Position numbers and translations under genes: made by a program. From Acanthaster planci (lineage: Eukaryota), in NCBI RefSeq assembly GCF_001949145.1, contig NW_019091357.1, forward strand, positions 3,496,228-3,560,227: 64,000 nt of DNA. Direction: 5' to 3'. This document shows positions 1 to 13,639 of the stretch, one piece after another. How positions within the stretch are numbered: the stretch's first letter is position 1; the number at the start of each line of letters is the position of its first letter. The notes under the pieces are model-generated. The model did not search any database, was not told the origin of the DNA, and worked only from the letters and a program-made list of their open reading frames with translations.

Positions 1-2196
1 ATGAAGGTCATTAGAAAACATCAGTATGTGTGCAGCTGCACACCGACTCACACGCACTGAACCACAGACATGCGCTGAACATGTTTGAGCTGGCTTGACG
101 TCAGATACTTCTCAGATGACCCTTGCCTTTTTTGAAATACTGAATTTCTGATTCCGTCCAGCCAACGGAGCCTCTTGTCTGGCCGAGGTCCAGGTGGAAA
201 CGGATGATAAGAAGTAGCTAGATCTATAGCGTCATGCTGTGATTCCTGGCCCGCCAACTGAGATCCGTCAAGTGCGGCTGCGATGTTGGTTTCCACTATG
301 CCTTGCGCCATGGCATAGCGGTACCCACCACCAGCCATTAATGAATATTACGACCCACCATTCTAGTACATGTAGGCTGAAGAATGGTATTATTGTCATC
401 TGGAACGCGATACAAGAAATTGTATACGTCCGTAGTTACTGCCAAATCTTTCTGCCGACAAATTTTTAGTTTACCCTTTGGATCACTAATAGGCCTTTGA
501 AAATAACAATGGGGACTTTGCAATATAGATCAATGGTGGGAGGAAAGAAACATTATTTTGAGTATCCTAACAGCGCATGCCCAGGTTAAAGGTCATTCGG
601 GAGTAGCCATACGCGCTCTCGAGGTCAGCCCTATCAGTGCGATGACTCGCAAGTGTGTTCTGTTCTCTGATGACCCTGCCTTTCTGAAATACCGACCTGG
701 TTCATTGTCGAACATTCAGCCTAGTTTGGGTTAGTTGTTACATTTGGCACCCCGTTTCTTCGTCTGCCATTGGTAACTGCACAATCTGAAGGCAAGGCCG
801 ATACTTTTATCCTTGTTTGTCTTTGGTTTTCGAAAACCAGACGATTGTCCATTAGACACAAAGACGACATTTCCCACTCGCTCATACGTACGTTCTTCCT
901 TTCAAGAGTGACAAGAGAGAATACTGTGAAATCGAAAGTTTACAGTTTAAAATAGATAATAAAATTCGATAGAATAAAATTGATGATCCGAACCGTGAAC
1001 ATGTAACCAATAGTGACGAACAACCGACCGACAAAGAGAAACAAAGACTTTTAGAAATTGACCTAATAATATCGCGAGCACGGTAAACGACGTAGAACGT
1101 TTCGTTCAAAATTGTAGATGTTTTACGAGTGGCAGAGAAAATGTGATATTTCGACCTATGCTCTTGGAAAACGTATGAGGTGGCCATTGCATATGAACGA
1201 AAAGAGGTCCAATTATTAAACTGGTGCGACGAGTAAACTTTTGGAGTCAATATTCCTGGTGCCATTGCACTGGGCTGAACGTGCCTCATGGGTTCTCCGC
1301 GTGAACATTGACACACACGGCCAGCCCCACCCTGGTCCGATCGACCGCGGCGCGCGCCCCCTGAGGCACCGCAATTTTGTTGACTAAACAATAAAATATT
1401 CATTATGGCGGTCCAAAGAGCACGCCGATGACGACTCGTGTCTCGGGATGCCCCGGCCTGCCGTCGCTGGCGCGGCAGCGTAAGCGTGTGCGGGCCGGGT
1501 CCACGGGTCCGGTCGCTCGCGGGGACTGCTCTTGCGTCAGACGAGGGGCGACACTTCGCTCCATTACCGTAATTTGCCGTTGCGCTCCGCCGGCTTCAAT
1601 TCTCGGTCCTTCAACTTCATGCTGACCTCCAGAATGGTTTTAAGAACATTTCTCTTGGGCGGAACACCGAGGATGTTACCACGTTTCACAGGTGTAGGAG
1701 AAGTTTCCACAGATCCGAAAAAAACCCAGGAACTGGAATTCATCAAAACCAGAACTTGACAACATCTAGATACATGTTCTTAAGATCATACATATACCGA
1801 TCATGCCAAAGCGCCTATTATCTTTTTGAAGGCCACGCCCGCTTCACCAAGAATCTTCCAAGAGTAAGTCACTGTATCCTTTTTCGTTTCCCCATGATTT
1901 GTAGTAAACAAAGAACTCAATTTTGCGAATGCATGCTGTGTTCACTTATGGTCGATCAGACTGGCACATCACTGACCAAAGAATGGGGGGGGGGTTGATG
2001 ACATCCTTCACCCTGACCTTTCTTTCAAAATGCACCCTTTTACAAAAACAGCATCCTGTTTTTTCGGAGGCAATAGTCTCAGTCCTCAGGATTGAGTAAG
2101 GGGGCGATCACCCATTGTGCTTTGGCGCATGTTGAGAATATCCCATGACAATACAGGCGTTTCACAATAGCGAGCCCCCAAGAGTTTGTAACGCAT

Positions 2197-2279
2197 TGGC
2201 CAATCACAATGCGCGAAATCTGTCGAACCAATGCGCGTTTGCCAAAGGGTCGACAGATTTCGCGCATTGTGATTGGCCA
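2197..2279. repeat. Perfect 30-bp inverted repeat with 23-nt spacer (probable core of a palindromic MITE)
   Basis: TGGCCAATCACAATGCGCGAAATCTGTCGA (2197-2226) is the exact reverse complement of 2250-2279. Confidence 0.9.
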
Positions 2280-4902
2280 CATCTGTATTGTTCACAATAA
2301 GCATTGTCGACACTTTCATCCCCCTATTATTCTTCAGCCACGTAAAAGCTCAGACTAGGCCACGTTCGTCCATCGCCCGTTTAAAGGCGCCTTTTCGTAT
2401 GCGCTTCAACACTTGCGCCAAGCACTGCGTATCCGTCAAAGTTGCCCGTCAACACGCACATGTGTTCTGTTAATGTGTTGATTTGTGTGTACGTGAATGT
2501 GAAACACATAAACGCAACGTGTATGCAAGGCACCCACAAACACGTAAATATGGAAAGACGCCTTAATTCAAATAAATGTGGTACAGACATTAAACGCATT
2601 TTTTTTTGTTTTATTCAAGGGCAGTCCACCTAGAGTCAGAGAGTCCAGGCGCTATGTTTGGGTTTCCAAAGTTACTGGGCCCCAAAACTCCCGACGAAAA
2701 TCACCGCTACTGGCCTTAAAACTTGTTCATGTTCTCTGTCTATTGGTCCGGGGAGATCGAACATTCAACCAGTACATAATCTGCATACTTGACTGGCTAC
2801 AAACACACTAAAATTCACAATTTCCACTGGAATTGAAACGAGACGTTTTTGATATTGCACTCCATTAAAGAAAATGGTGACCCCCCCCCGAAAAAGAAGG
2901 AGCAGAATGTTAGCATTTGGCCTAGCAACTTTCACTGGCGGGGGTCAACTAACCGCCAGCCCGCCTGTGTCACGACGGCCAAACGATGCCATCCATCACT
3001 CGCTGGCTGTTCCCTGTGCAACGGCTCAGGACGATTGTGTAGATGAAGAGCTGGCGTGAGATCGCCTGAATGAGGGGACCGGTTTTTTTTTATGTGTTTC
3101 ACTCTTTTTTTTTGTTTGTTTGTCCCCGCGTCGCTTAGTTTATCCAACGCTGAGTTGTACAATCAATCATATTGCCAGAAATTGCCGTAAACAACTTGGT
3201 ACAATCATCGACCACGTGGCAATTTGATTGTACTGGCTTCGAAGTGTATTGCTTTTAGCGGTCTAGAAACAAATTACGAAAATAGTTCCATTATTAACAA
3301 AAAACCGGCAAAAAAGTGTTCATTTCAAGTTTATCGCTGCTTTATAGGTCATTATAATGATTAAGTCTAACTTGAGTTAACCGATTTTGGCAGCTAAGTA
3401 TATAATATTCTCGGGCGAAATTTATTGAGCCTTTGTCTACAAATTTAGAATATAATGTGTACCGACACCATGCATGTAATATGATCTCATGTTTTTTTTT
3501 CAAGAACTGCAGCTGTACATCTGGTCCCTTTGTTTATTGGTTTATTTGTAACGACTGAAAAAAAGTTTAGAGACAGTTTGCGTTTGAAATTCGTATAGGC
3601 CAATTTTGTGCGGAATGTTACTCTTGTGCAAATGTCCCAATAATTCACAGTTACAGAGCGACAATTAAAAGCCATGCATTGCTCAAGGTCGGTTCTCTTC
3701 CTGTTGAGGTCTACTTCTATTTGAATGTGCACTTTGATTGTCGCAGAAAGTAAGAAAATGAGCCAGGGTTGTCTTCAGAGATGCACGCGTCTCTGCTCAA
3801 GTCCGACGGGAAACTGTTCAGTTCCTTGCCCCTGGATCGGTCGAGATTATACGGCCGGGCTTTTACAATAACGGGTGAAAATTGCGACTGTGACGGTGCC
3901 GGGCTTAAGACAAAGGCAGCCGGCCGCCTCCAGGCTTTTGAAGCCGGTGAATACAAAGATCTTGAATTACAATTGGTCCCGGAAATTTGTGATTATTAAG
4001 AAAGAAAAATTTATCAGCGGCCAGCGGTGTACGTACCCCCGAGCGTGGGTTTTGCAGCGAAAGAAGTCATGAAATATCTTTCATTGGCCGTTTTTTTGCT
4101 CTGCAGATTTATTTCCATAAAAAAAAAATTTAAGTCAAATTTGGAACAAGCCCCGCTGGGTATATCCGTTACAGAGCGGATTTGTGCACCGCCTAAAAAG
4201 GATACATATTTCTCGAATTCCTCTCATTAAAGTGACTGTGGGTTATTTACTTTTTATGGTACTCATTTAAACAAGAGGGGATGAATTTGACAAAATGAAA
4301 ACAGTTGGCAAGAAACCCCCAAAGATTTGGTATCTTGAATCGAGACTAATCAGGAGGAGATTTGCGTTTTTTTCCGTTTGCATGCGTCGTCATCACTGGG
4401 AGTGTTTTTCCCCCCCATCCCTTTTGTTGTCGGAATGTTCCTTTTATCTTTCTCACTGTGCAGATGCGTTTTTCCAGCGCCTGCCCGCTCGCCGAATGCC
4501 CCCGGGAGAATCGGTCGGTGTCCTGCGGCGGCAAGGAGACGGCTCCCTCTCGCTCGTGCAAATCGCGTTGAATTTCGGCAGGTGCACCCGAAATGATTCG
4601 TTTTTCGTGAGCGTCTGAACTGTAAGGGGCTGCCGGAGGGACACACGCAAATAATGTCATGCTCTCCCTTCCCGGAACTGTCTCTCCTTCTCGATACACT
4701 CGAGCACTGAGAAATACCTCCCTGAACGGAAGAATTGGAAAATCTTTCTCCTTCAGCCCTCTCAAGGGTTAACATTATTTTGGACAGTATAAATCAATAT
4801 TTCAGCCCTACTGTCAACTTTGTGCCGTGAGAAGTAGTCCACAAATCATGCTGTGCTTATTTAGCGCTTGCCTGTATTTCTTCAAGGCGAACTAAAGAGG
4901 GA

Positions 4903-5171
4903 CAGTGGTGTATCCAGTGCCCCCCACGGATTTTTTTACAACGAATACTTCACAGGAAAGAAAGTAATCAGTACATTTATTTATCAAATATTATCACCCA
5001 AGCCCAACCCCAAACCATGAGAAAACAACTTCGTGAAATAAAAGTAACGATATCGGGACCGCGAGTAAGGCTTTGGATATGTTTTTCTTCCCCAACGTCA
5101 TGTTGAATGAGCCCAAAGATTATTGCACTTTTGAATTTGCCCCCCCATACCTAAAGCTTTTTATGCCACTG
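4903..5171. mobile_element. Non-autonomous hAT-type DNA transposon (MITE), 269 bp
   Basis: Termini CAGTGGTGTA...TATGCCACTG form an imperfect TIR, flanked by a perfect 8-bp direct repeat AAGAGGGA (4895-4902 and 5172-5179). CAG..CTG ends with an 8-bp TSD are typical of hAT. Confidence 0.8.
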
Positions 5172-8100
5172 AAGAGGGAGCAACGAAACGTGATCATGTA
5201 TCCTCTTTTTTTGAATGAGACTTTCGAAACCGTTGTTTGTCCCTTCTCACAGACCATCTGCAGTACAACCGTTAGTATTTCTTTCAACCGCAACATGCGA
5301 GGTGAAATCCGCCCCAATATATGCATCTTTTTTCGATATTCTTCCAATGCATTTTTGGGTGTTGACAAAGTGACAAATTGTGGCGTATCATTCTGGCTAA
5401 ATTCCACGTGTCTGGACGCAGATGCCAAACTCTGTTACATGAAAACGCGCGGACTCGATCGCGTACATAGGCATGGAACACTAATGACTACGTGTAATAG
5501 TTAAATACGTCTCGACTGATTGAGTTGAAACTTTGTATAAGTACATTTATGCATATATGCATAGAGAATGGACTTACTCCCTCGTGAGTGGAAACCGTAA
5601 CTGCATGCGTGATGAAGCCGGGTCCAAAACGGGCTTCTGCGGCTACAGCTACGCCTATTGTCAGCACGTATTCATGAATTTGCAACTGCGGAGGACGTGG
5701 GCCTAGCTCTAGACGCCACATTCGCACATGGCTGGAGATCCATCTATTGGGCAGAATACGTCATCGGCATTGACATGGTCACCGAGCGATTTTTAGGGTT
5801 AAAGTCACGGTGACGCCAGCGTGTCGCTGCGTAATAAGCTCTCAGGCCCTAAAACTAGACTAGATTTCTGATTGAAGCTTGTACGGAGAAAGATTGTTTG
5901 GCCAAACAAACTCTTAAGCCAAATCAAACCATGATCATAAATTGAAGTCATCAGAACACAGACGGGAAGGAGAGGGGGGGAGGCAGGTTGCAGACTGCAG
6001 ATTGGAGTATCTAAAAATAAACAAGCAGTGTAGTGGTACAGCTATTTTGTTCATTCAAGCGCAGAGCCTACCTGTTATTTTGGAACAAGGCTCGACACAA
6101 TTTCATGATGATTGGTCGTTATCTTTTGTTCAAAGAAGTACCCAGATATTTGAATAGAATTATTTTCTACAGAGATTATCTTCATTTTGCGATTCCTGAC
6201 GATGTTTTTCGATCAATAATACTTCAACTTAAAAAGTAAGTGGCATAACACCCATCAAGCGAGGCATTTTAGTAACTGAATTTCAGGTCAAGAATTTTAA
6301 AAAATCATTTTATTTCTAAACGGCACTTTCGCTGACTATCTTCCAGTACGTTCTATCCTGGAAAGGTGGAAACAACAATGATTCGTGTCGATTTTCTGCG
6401 AGAGAAATACACGTGTCGTTTTATGTCAGTGTTTCATTGCTCAAAACTCGAGAATGAAAGGTTTGACCCGGTTTTTTAATTGTTACACCTGTGGTTTTAT
6501 ACCCTGCACTAAATGTCGATCAGAATGTTAGACGCGCTTCGGGGTTTAGGTAAACTGACAGCGACTTTTGGGTCACATGGGCTTGCCAGAGAAGCCACCG
6601 TTCGTATAACCTACGAGACTGACTAAGCTCTGTCTCGTGTCCGGGAGTAACAATTGTCCGTACCATGGATATACCACAAATCCACAGGGATTCTATCAGA
6701 AATAATACGATTTCCAGCATTTTGCCAAAGAGCTATAGTAAAGCGCCTGCTCGTTCAACGTCACAGTCGCATATTTTGCCCTCCAGGGGAACTTAAAGAA
6801 AGAAGACTAATTCATTAAATGTTAACAACAATCTTCCACTGTTATGAAAACACTAAATAATAAACAAATCTAATGAAAAATAAATGAAAGTGCAATCATA
6901 CAGTTTGAGGTAAAACTAGCAGTGCATAGGCAAATAGCTGGTAAATTTTTATTTTCATTTTCCGCAGACCGTGAACAACAACCGTAGCTATATCTTTCAT
7001 TCGCAAACGGTTCAACGGTGAAGTTGAGCGTTCTTTAGCATCCCTACCGTTCGTGCCTATCTAGCACCGCTTCAGTACTCAGTTTAACCATGGCCCCGGC
7101 AGCGTTTTTAACCGCACCGTCGTCAACAACCCAAGGCCTTCTCTGTATACATTTTCCCGGGCGTTGGCCCCGGCTGCACCCACCCTGGCCGGCCTCGTGC
7201 ATGATCGTGGCGATTGCCAATAAATTCGTTGTTTTCGGGGGCCGTATATACCTCCACAAAGTGAGGATATATAACTGTTTGTTTCCGTAACCCATTTCGA
7301 CTTTGTTTGGTTGCAAATCAGGCTAATAGGAAGTAGCCCCGGCGTTTTTAAACACACAAGTGCGTGAGTTACGACCAGTGTGCGTCCCCTCTCCTTCACG
7401 TTCTTTACTCAAGAGCTCCCGGTCTTGGGGAAATTTAACATCGATTAGAAAATTGCCAATTCATCAGCCCAGCGACGTTTGTCAACTATTTTAGGGGATA
7501 GACTCGAAAGCAGGAAGCCGGTTGACAGTGTGAAACAAAGACAGTTAAATTGCGTTGAATGCCCGGTTTGACTTTTTTATAAAACGGGACGGGTCAGCTT
7601 TTTTCGGTCGTGTGCGCAGCTGTTTTTGGCATAAATCTATCAAAAGCTGGGGTAATGAGGCCCCTTTGGGGGACCATTGATGACAGAGAACTTGACAAAA
7701 TATTCCTCCATTGCGGGAAAAAGAAATAAAAGTACACACTATTAGTGACGGATCGATCTTAATTTTTAAAATCGTTTTCCCGTGTTGTGAGGACAGTATC
7801 GTAACAGTTACAAGGTACTCGAGCATTCACTGAAAAAATGCTTCATTAGTTAAGCTTTCTTCTTCTTCCGTGAATGCTCAAACAAATTCCAATGGGCTAT
7901 ATCCACGACTTTGAACCAAGCACTGTCCATTAATGTGGCTCATTGAACAGCGCATAGGCTTTCGTAATGTGTCCTACCGGAATAAACATTTTCAGTTTAA
8001 AAAGCTATTTTCTATGGTGACACGTTTGCCGATCGTAAACAGTTCACCATCCTAGCTTCTTTCCCTAGATTTCAACTCTTGCCCTAAGGGCCAATTTCAA

Positions 8101-9494
8101 CAAAGACATGGATTGGCACCTGACGATATCCAATCCGTTTTATCCCATCACTTTTCACGCTTGTAACTCATGGTATGGTGTGCGCGACACGACACGAACG
8201 ACATTTTTTCCGGGAAAAAGACCAAGCGCATTAAGATAAGTGGCGCACGCGCAGAAGTTGACCTGTTTCCACAAACCGTCGCCAGCTCTACGAACTAGTT
8301 GTGTGGGAGCCAGTGCGGTGAATGAATTCCCCCGGGATAGGAGGAGGAATGGGCGCGAGAGGCGTGCACTGAAGGTGCAGTGTTATTGGTCGGAAAACTA
8401 GGCTTTGTGTTTTTATCATGGCCCAAAGCTGACACTCACTACGGACTGACGAAAAGATCGCGTCAAGCGTTGTGACCGATTTCGGTCAAAATCGCGATAT
8501 GCTCATCGCTGCAACGAAACCTGAATAAACATTCTCGGTCACTGTTTATCCCATAATGCACCACCCCGTTCACATTTCTTTGATTTTTGTAACATAAAGC
8601 GACTCATGCCTATTACTGTGTATACCTTGCTCGTTTGCAACAAGGATCTGTCTGGGGCCAATTTGAATAAAGCTCTTGGCCCATCAGAGAACCTGGTCCA
8701 AGCCAAATTTCCTGGCTGAACACATTCATCATCAATAGGGAGGAGACCAGGGTCTAAAAAGACGGGATCGATACGATGAAGAAATCAGCGAAGTCGATTT
8801 ACCTAACCGATTTACCTTGCAGTTTTTACGGGTGCAGTAGTCTGGATTCGAAACGGAGCATGAGAGGAAATAAGCCAGAAAAAAATGAAATATCTGAAAT
8901 AGCACTTCAGCGAAGACACAGCCATTGCCGCAGCCCGAATTTTGTAAAACATGGCCATGCGCATGGATCTGTCAAATGTCATTCTAGTTTATTTCAACCT
9001 TTCCCAAAATGCCGATGTACTTACAGAGTGTTAGCGAACTCGACCATCAATCTGTTTTCGCCGGGATAAAACATAAATCGTTATTCTATCTTTAATGCCA
9101 AAAATTAGTGGAACCCTTCCGTTCACGACTCATATGATTTATCGAAAAACAAAAACAAAACAAAACATAAAACAACTGAATGACCCCTTTTAATGGAACT
9201 CGTGGGCCTCCACAGGACCGTTGGACGTTTGTGTAAACAAACGAGGGCCCCTTTTCTGTAATATGGCAAAGCGGCTCGTAAATATTGGACTTTGTAGTCG
9301 CGCTTGTACTTACTTTACGACGGGAAAAGAATCAAATGAAACTGTGATAATAATAAGTCCTCAGAAATATGGTTGACAGCGCTACATGCAAATCCAAGTA
9401 AAATACAATTTTTTGGGGGAAAATTTTGTCCTATTTCATTATTTGTAAGGGTGGTTCTGATGTCACACGAATGTAGACTGTTGTGATTTTTTTT

Positions 9495-9535
9495 CTCACT
9501 TTCCTTAAACTGACCCTCACTTTCCTTAAACTGAC
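9495..9535. repeat. Tandem duplication of a 21-bp unit (2 copies)
   Basis: CTCACTTTCCTTAAACTGAC(C) repeated head-to-tail. Confidence 0.9.
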
Positions 9536-12500
9536 TCCTAGACTCACATGCGCGTGTTATAGTTGTCAGTGCGCATTGCTATCATGTGCATTACAGGCAG
9601 TGAGTGCCTTCTTTTTCATGAAATTCCAAATACCACACCGGTCGTCCGCCTCATCAAACCTCGTTGAGGTGTAACACAATCGGTTTCCAACCAATCCAAC
9701 CAGTTTATCGTTTACAAAAACGGTTGCTGAGTGGTCCGCAGATCAACTTCAAACAGGTCGAGTATGGGCCTGGGCAAAACAAAGAAAGAAATATGCATCC
9801 CCTCATGGCAAACGGGCAAAGCTCAAATACACAGAGTGGAACAGTCAATTCTGTCTGGTACTAGACTCATATTAAACATGTATTCTGTGAATAGATTACC
9901 AGGGACAAATCTAGTAGTGGTCGTCTCTTGAACCAGGGAGCAATGTTCGAGCTTGCCTTAATTGCCCAACACTGCTTGAATCAGCGGATGTAAATCGGCA
10001 TGTTTTCATGGGACGTGATGGCGCCCCCTAGCACCCACTCAGCAGTTCCACGTGCTTGCGAATTTTATTACATCTAATTTCAAGCCGTGGTTTTCTTCCC
10101 TGCAATTATAATACACTATCGACAGAAAAATGATTTTTGCCGTTATTTTAGGGATGTTTTCGGTCTGTAAAAATGTAACTCTAACAAAGAAAGTGTCGAC
10201 CGGTGCCAATGAACCAATGTCTGGGCAGCAGACGTGACCTTCTGCGTTTAAGCTCACGGAGCCAGATGGCTCACAACTTTACCATTCCTCGTCACTCTTT
10301 TTTTCTCACTAAACCGCTTGGGCCAAATCCCCAAGAAAATGCAGCAATATGCGAAGAGGGTATTGATAAACGGAAAATAATATATCATTGCTGTTCGCTT
10401 TCAGAAAGCAAGTACAGTTTGAGGTAGACAGAAGACTGAGCGGAGAGATGAGCAGGGATACAGATTATGATCTGAAGAAATATCACACTAAAACACAAAA
10501 CATAGAATGGGAAAGTGCAGATTCACCAATGATGACTGACATTTTGTGGACGGAATGTATACACATGCAGACAGGGAGACTGACAAACAATTCTAAAACA
10601 AGGCTTTTCGAAGAGAGAGTCCTGCAACTGACTAGGAAAGCAAGAAGTCAGCAGCCAACACTCGATGGACAGTCATCTTAGTTGCTAAGTAGCCAGCTAA
10701 CTCAGCAGCCAGAATTGCTTTCAAGGGCCAGGCAGGAATTCAAACAAACAGACTGATGCAAATGTGATTGAGAGCTCTCAAAGAATAAACCAGACCGTAT
10801 GTTTCCAATAATTCCCGACGTCTCGTTTTTGTCCAACCAGCTTGACCACTCAAGCCACTCGCAGAACAAACAAGTAACTGGCCAGACGACTGGTCAACCC
10901 GCCAACAGAGCAAACATGAAAACACCGTCCTCGACAAGGTTGAATCACGCCGCACCCCGTCTATGGTTTAGTCAACTCGTCAACCCATTCCCCAAACAAC
11001 CTTTTTGCAACGTTCCCTACCGGTCTGTCCCACCTTCCATGCTACCGGCCGCGCATCTACTAACACATCCCGTGTCGCGGGCCACGCGACCAAATCGCCC
11101 GCGGCTGTTGGATGCTGACTTCTCTGTTATATTCATTCCTCGGCGTTTCGCTACTTTTCACACTTGTGTCATCAGCCATCGAGTGCAAATCATAATAGCC
11201 GTCATGCTGTTGTAGTATGACGCTAGTCTAACATGGCAAGAGATCGAAGGATTGTGGACACACTAGACATGAGAAAAGGGGATGAGGAAGTAGAACCCTT
11301 CCGCTGTAATTAATTAAACGATATTGAAATTGCAGAGTAATGAAGGGGGCAAAACCTCCGATAGAAGGGATGCTTTTTAAGTTTATGGTACAAAGAGGCG
11401 GGTATATGGGATCCCTTGGGAACCATAGGAATTAATCGCAGATGACTGGTTTTTATTTCCAGTTAATCGGGCCTTGGATCACCTGTCAAGGTGGAGGCGG
11501 GACGTTGCTAGGCAAGGACGGGGGAGAACTGGCTGGCTGGACCGAGAGAAGGGGAGGCGGGGCGGAGTTTAATGGCAAGAAAGGAGAGGGGGAGAGTTGC
11601 AGGAGACGATGCTGGATTTCTATATGTCCCTTTTGACTAGTTACATCAGTGCAATGATAGGGAATAAGCGGTAAACTTATCTGATTTTTTAAAAGTATGT
11701 TAAAGTTACAACTTTGTTTTTTTTATGAAACAGAATAAAGTATTACAAACACAAGCATTAATGCTGTTCTTAAAAAGTGGCATTATAGACTACAATAGAG
11801 TTTCCGTGGCGCAGAATAGGGTAGAAAAACCCGGAGGACGAATATTTTCCAGGACCGACGAAAATGAAGAAATTCAGACGGCACAACCCGTTGAACAACA
11901 AAAGGATGACCATGGTGGATTTACAGACAGATAAGACAAACAGACCGATAGGCCACTGATAAACAAACAGTTGGTGGTTACACGTTTAGGAGTGCCAGAG
12001 CTCGCTGGGATCCTGCAAGGTACAGGGACAAAATGAGACAGTGTTTACGGGACACTTTGCATGAATCTCGCTCGTAATTGATTTTGTATCTTCAACAACG
12101 GCAACTGTGCCTGAAATATTCAAAGGACAACCGCTATCGCTTACTCATAAACAGGTGTAAACTTACTAGATCAGTGGACCGAAAGTTTATCTGAAGTAGA
12201 AAGGATAGAGGGTAGGAGTTGTATGACCTGCAAAATACGATTGTGATTATGCATCCCAAGATGGCGGCAGGCAGGTTTGTCGATAAAGATTACGAAAGAC
12301 AAGCTGACAAAAGAGAGTAAAAATTCGTAATGTCAGCGTTGAAATTTGAATGATCCGGGTTAAGAAGAAGGCGTTAAGTGGACAATTCGATGGAGGGAGA
12401 TAAAGGGAGGTAACGCAATGTCGGCATAAAAAGCGGAAAATTACTCCAACATTTATGTACATTAATTTGGCCGCTCTTCTGTGACATTAACAAGGGTGGA

Positions 12501-13260
12501 GGCTGCAACGATCCGTACGTCCCCCCTCTCAGATGTTGGTTGCAACTACAGCTGTTGTCTGGAGCAAACAAGGCAAGGGTATTCGGTCCATCTGTGCTGA
12601 AATGAAATATCATCCACTCAACGATGTTACACTTCGAGTACTGCTGAGAGCGTGCTCGGGAACTCAAGCGCAGACCCGCGAGCGAGGAGGCCGGCAAAGT
12701 GACGAGTCCCGTCGACTACCGGAACGTGTTGCGCGGGCAAATTCTCCACCACAACTTTCTCAATTATCTTCGGGGTGAACGCGGAATGTTCTGGGGAGCC
12801 TCTCTAGTCATTGGTACCCTATAATCACCAACGATGAGCTTGTTTCTAGAGGGGCCTTAATCGATTCTTCGCTTGCCTCGTCACGTGTTCATTATTCGGC
12901 ACTACGCTCATACCGTGCTGTCTTACAGGGGTACCAACAACAAAAACAAGTCGCACCAAAGTTTCTCAATCACTTAGGTAGTGTCTTTGACACTCAAAAA
13001 AGGCGTGCGTATCGCTACTTTTCTTAATTTAAATCCAAGTAGTATATTAGTTAATAAGTTTTTTCCCCGGTGTAGCTTCTGGTTCGTGTCTGTGTTGCTT
13101 AACTCAGCGGGCCAGGCATGCGATACGATGGGGCGTCAGCACTCGCCGACTCTGCTCCCGAGTCATTCGATGCCGCAGTATCAGACTAATGAATTGGAGA
13201 CCGGTAAAATATGAATTACTTCTGATTAATTTACAAGACAACTGTTTGACTTTTCGTCTT

Positions 13261-13278
13261 GTGTGTGTGTGTGTGTGT
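13261..13278. repeat. (GT)9 microsatellite
   Basis: Read directly from the sequence. Confidence 0.85.
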
Positions 13279-13639
13279 AGAGGAGCTGGCCCTCCATGTG
13301 GTCGGACGCATCTCGTCTGGTGACTTTGGGAGTCAATTTGCCAGATTATTCCACAAAAGCGGAGACGAGTCTTTTCTGCCAAAGACAAGCAGCGTCCGGG
13401 TCCGAGAGCCACCCGCCACCCGGTATCCCTTGGTCCTTGCCACCCGTCACATCTCCCCCAGACCGGTTTCCTTAATTTTTCTTCCCCCCGTCCGGGTGCC
13501 AACCCCTGTTAAGTCGGGTTCACCCGCTCACTGACACAAAGCGCCGGGGCGTTGCGCATGCGTGGATCCCACCTGTTAGAAGCGGCGCGTAGTTTGAACC
13601 CCGCGCAGCCGGCGTTTCGGCGCGCTGGACTTTTCGATT

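Noticed and set aside
1400..1483. Frame reading SLWRSKEHADDD..AAA, faintly OAR-like
   Set aside because: It lacks the SI/VxxLRxKA core and has no supporting upstream exon, so it is likely coincidence.
10388..10930. ORFs over an ACAG/CCAG-rich tract (similar tract at ~45730-45860)
   Set aside because: A degenerate tetranucleotide-repeat sequence explains the open frames.
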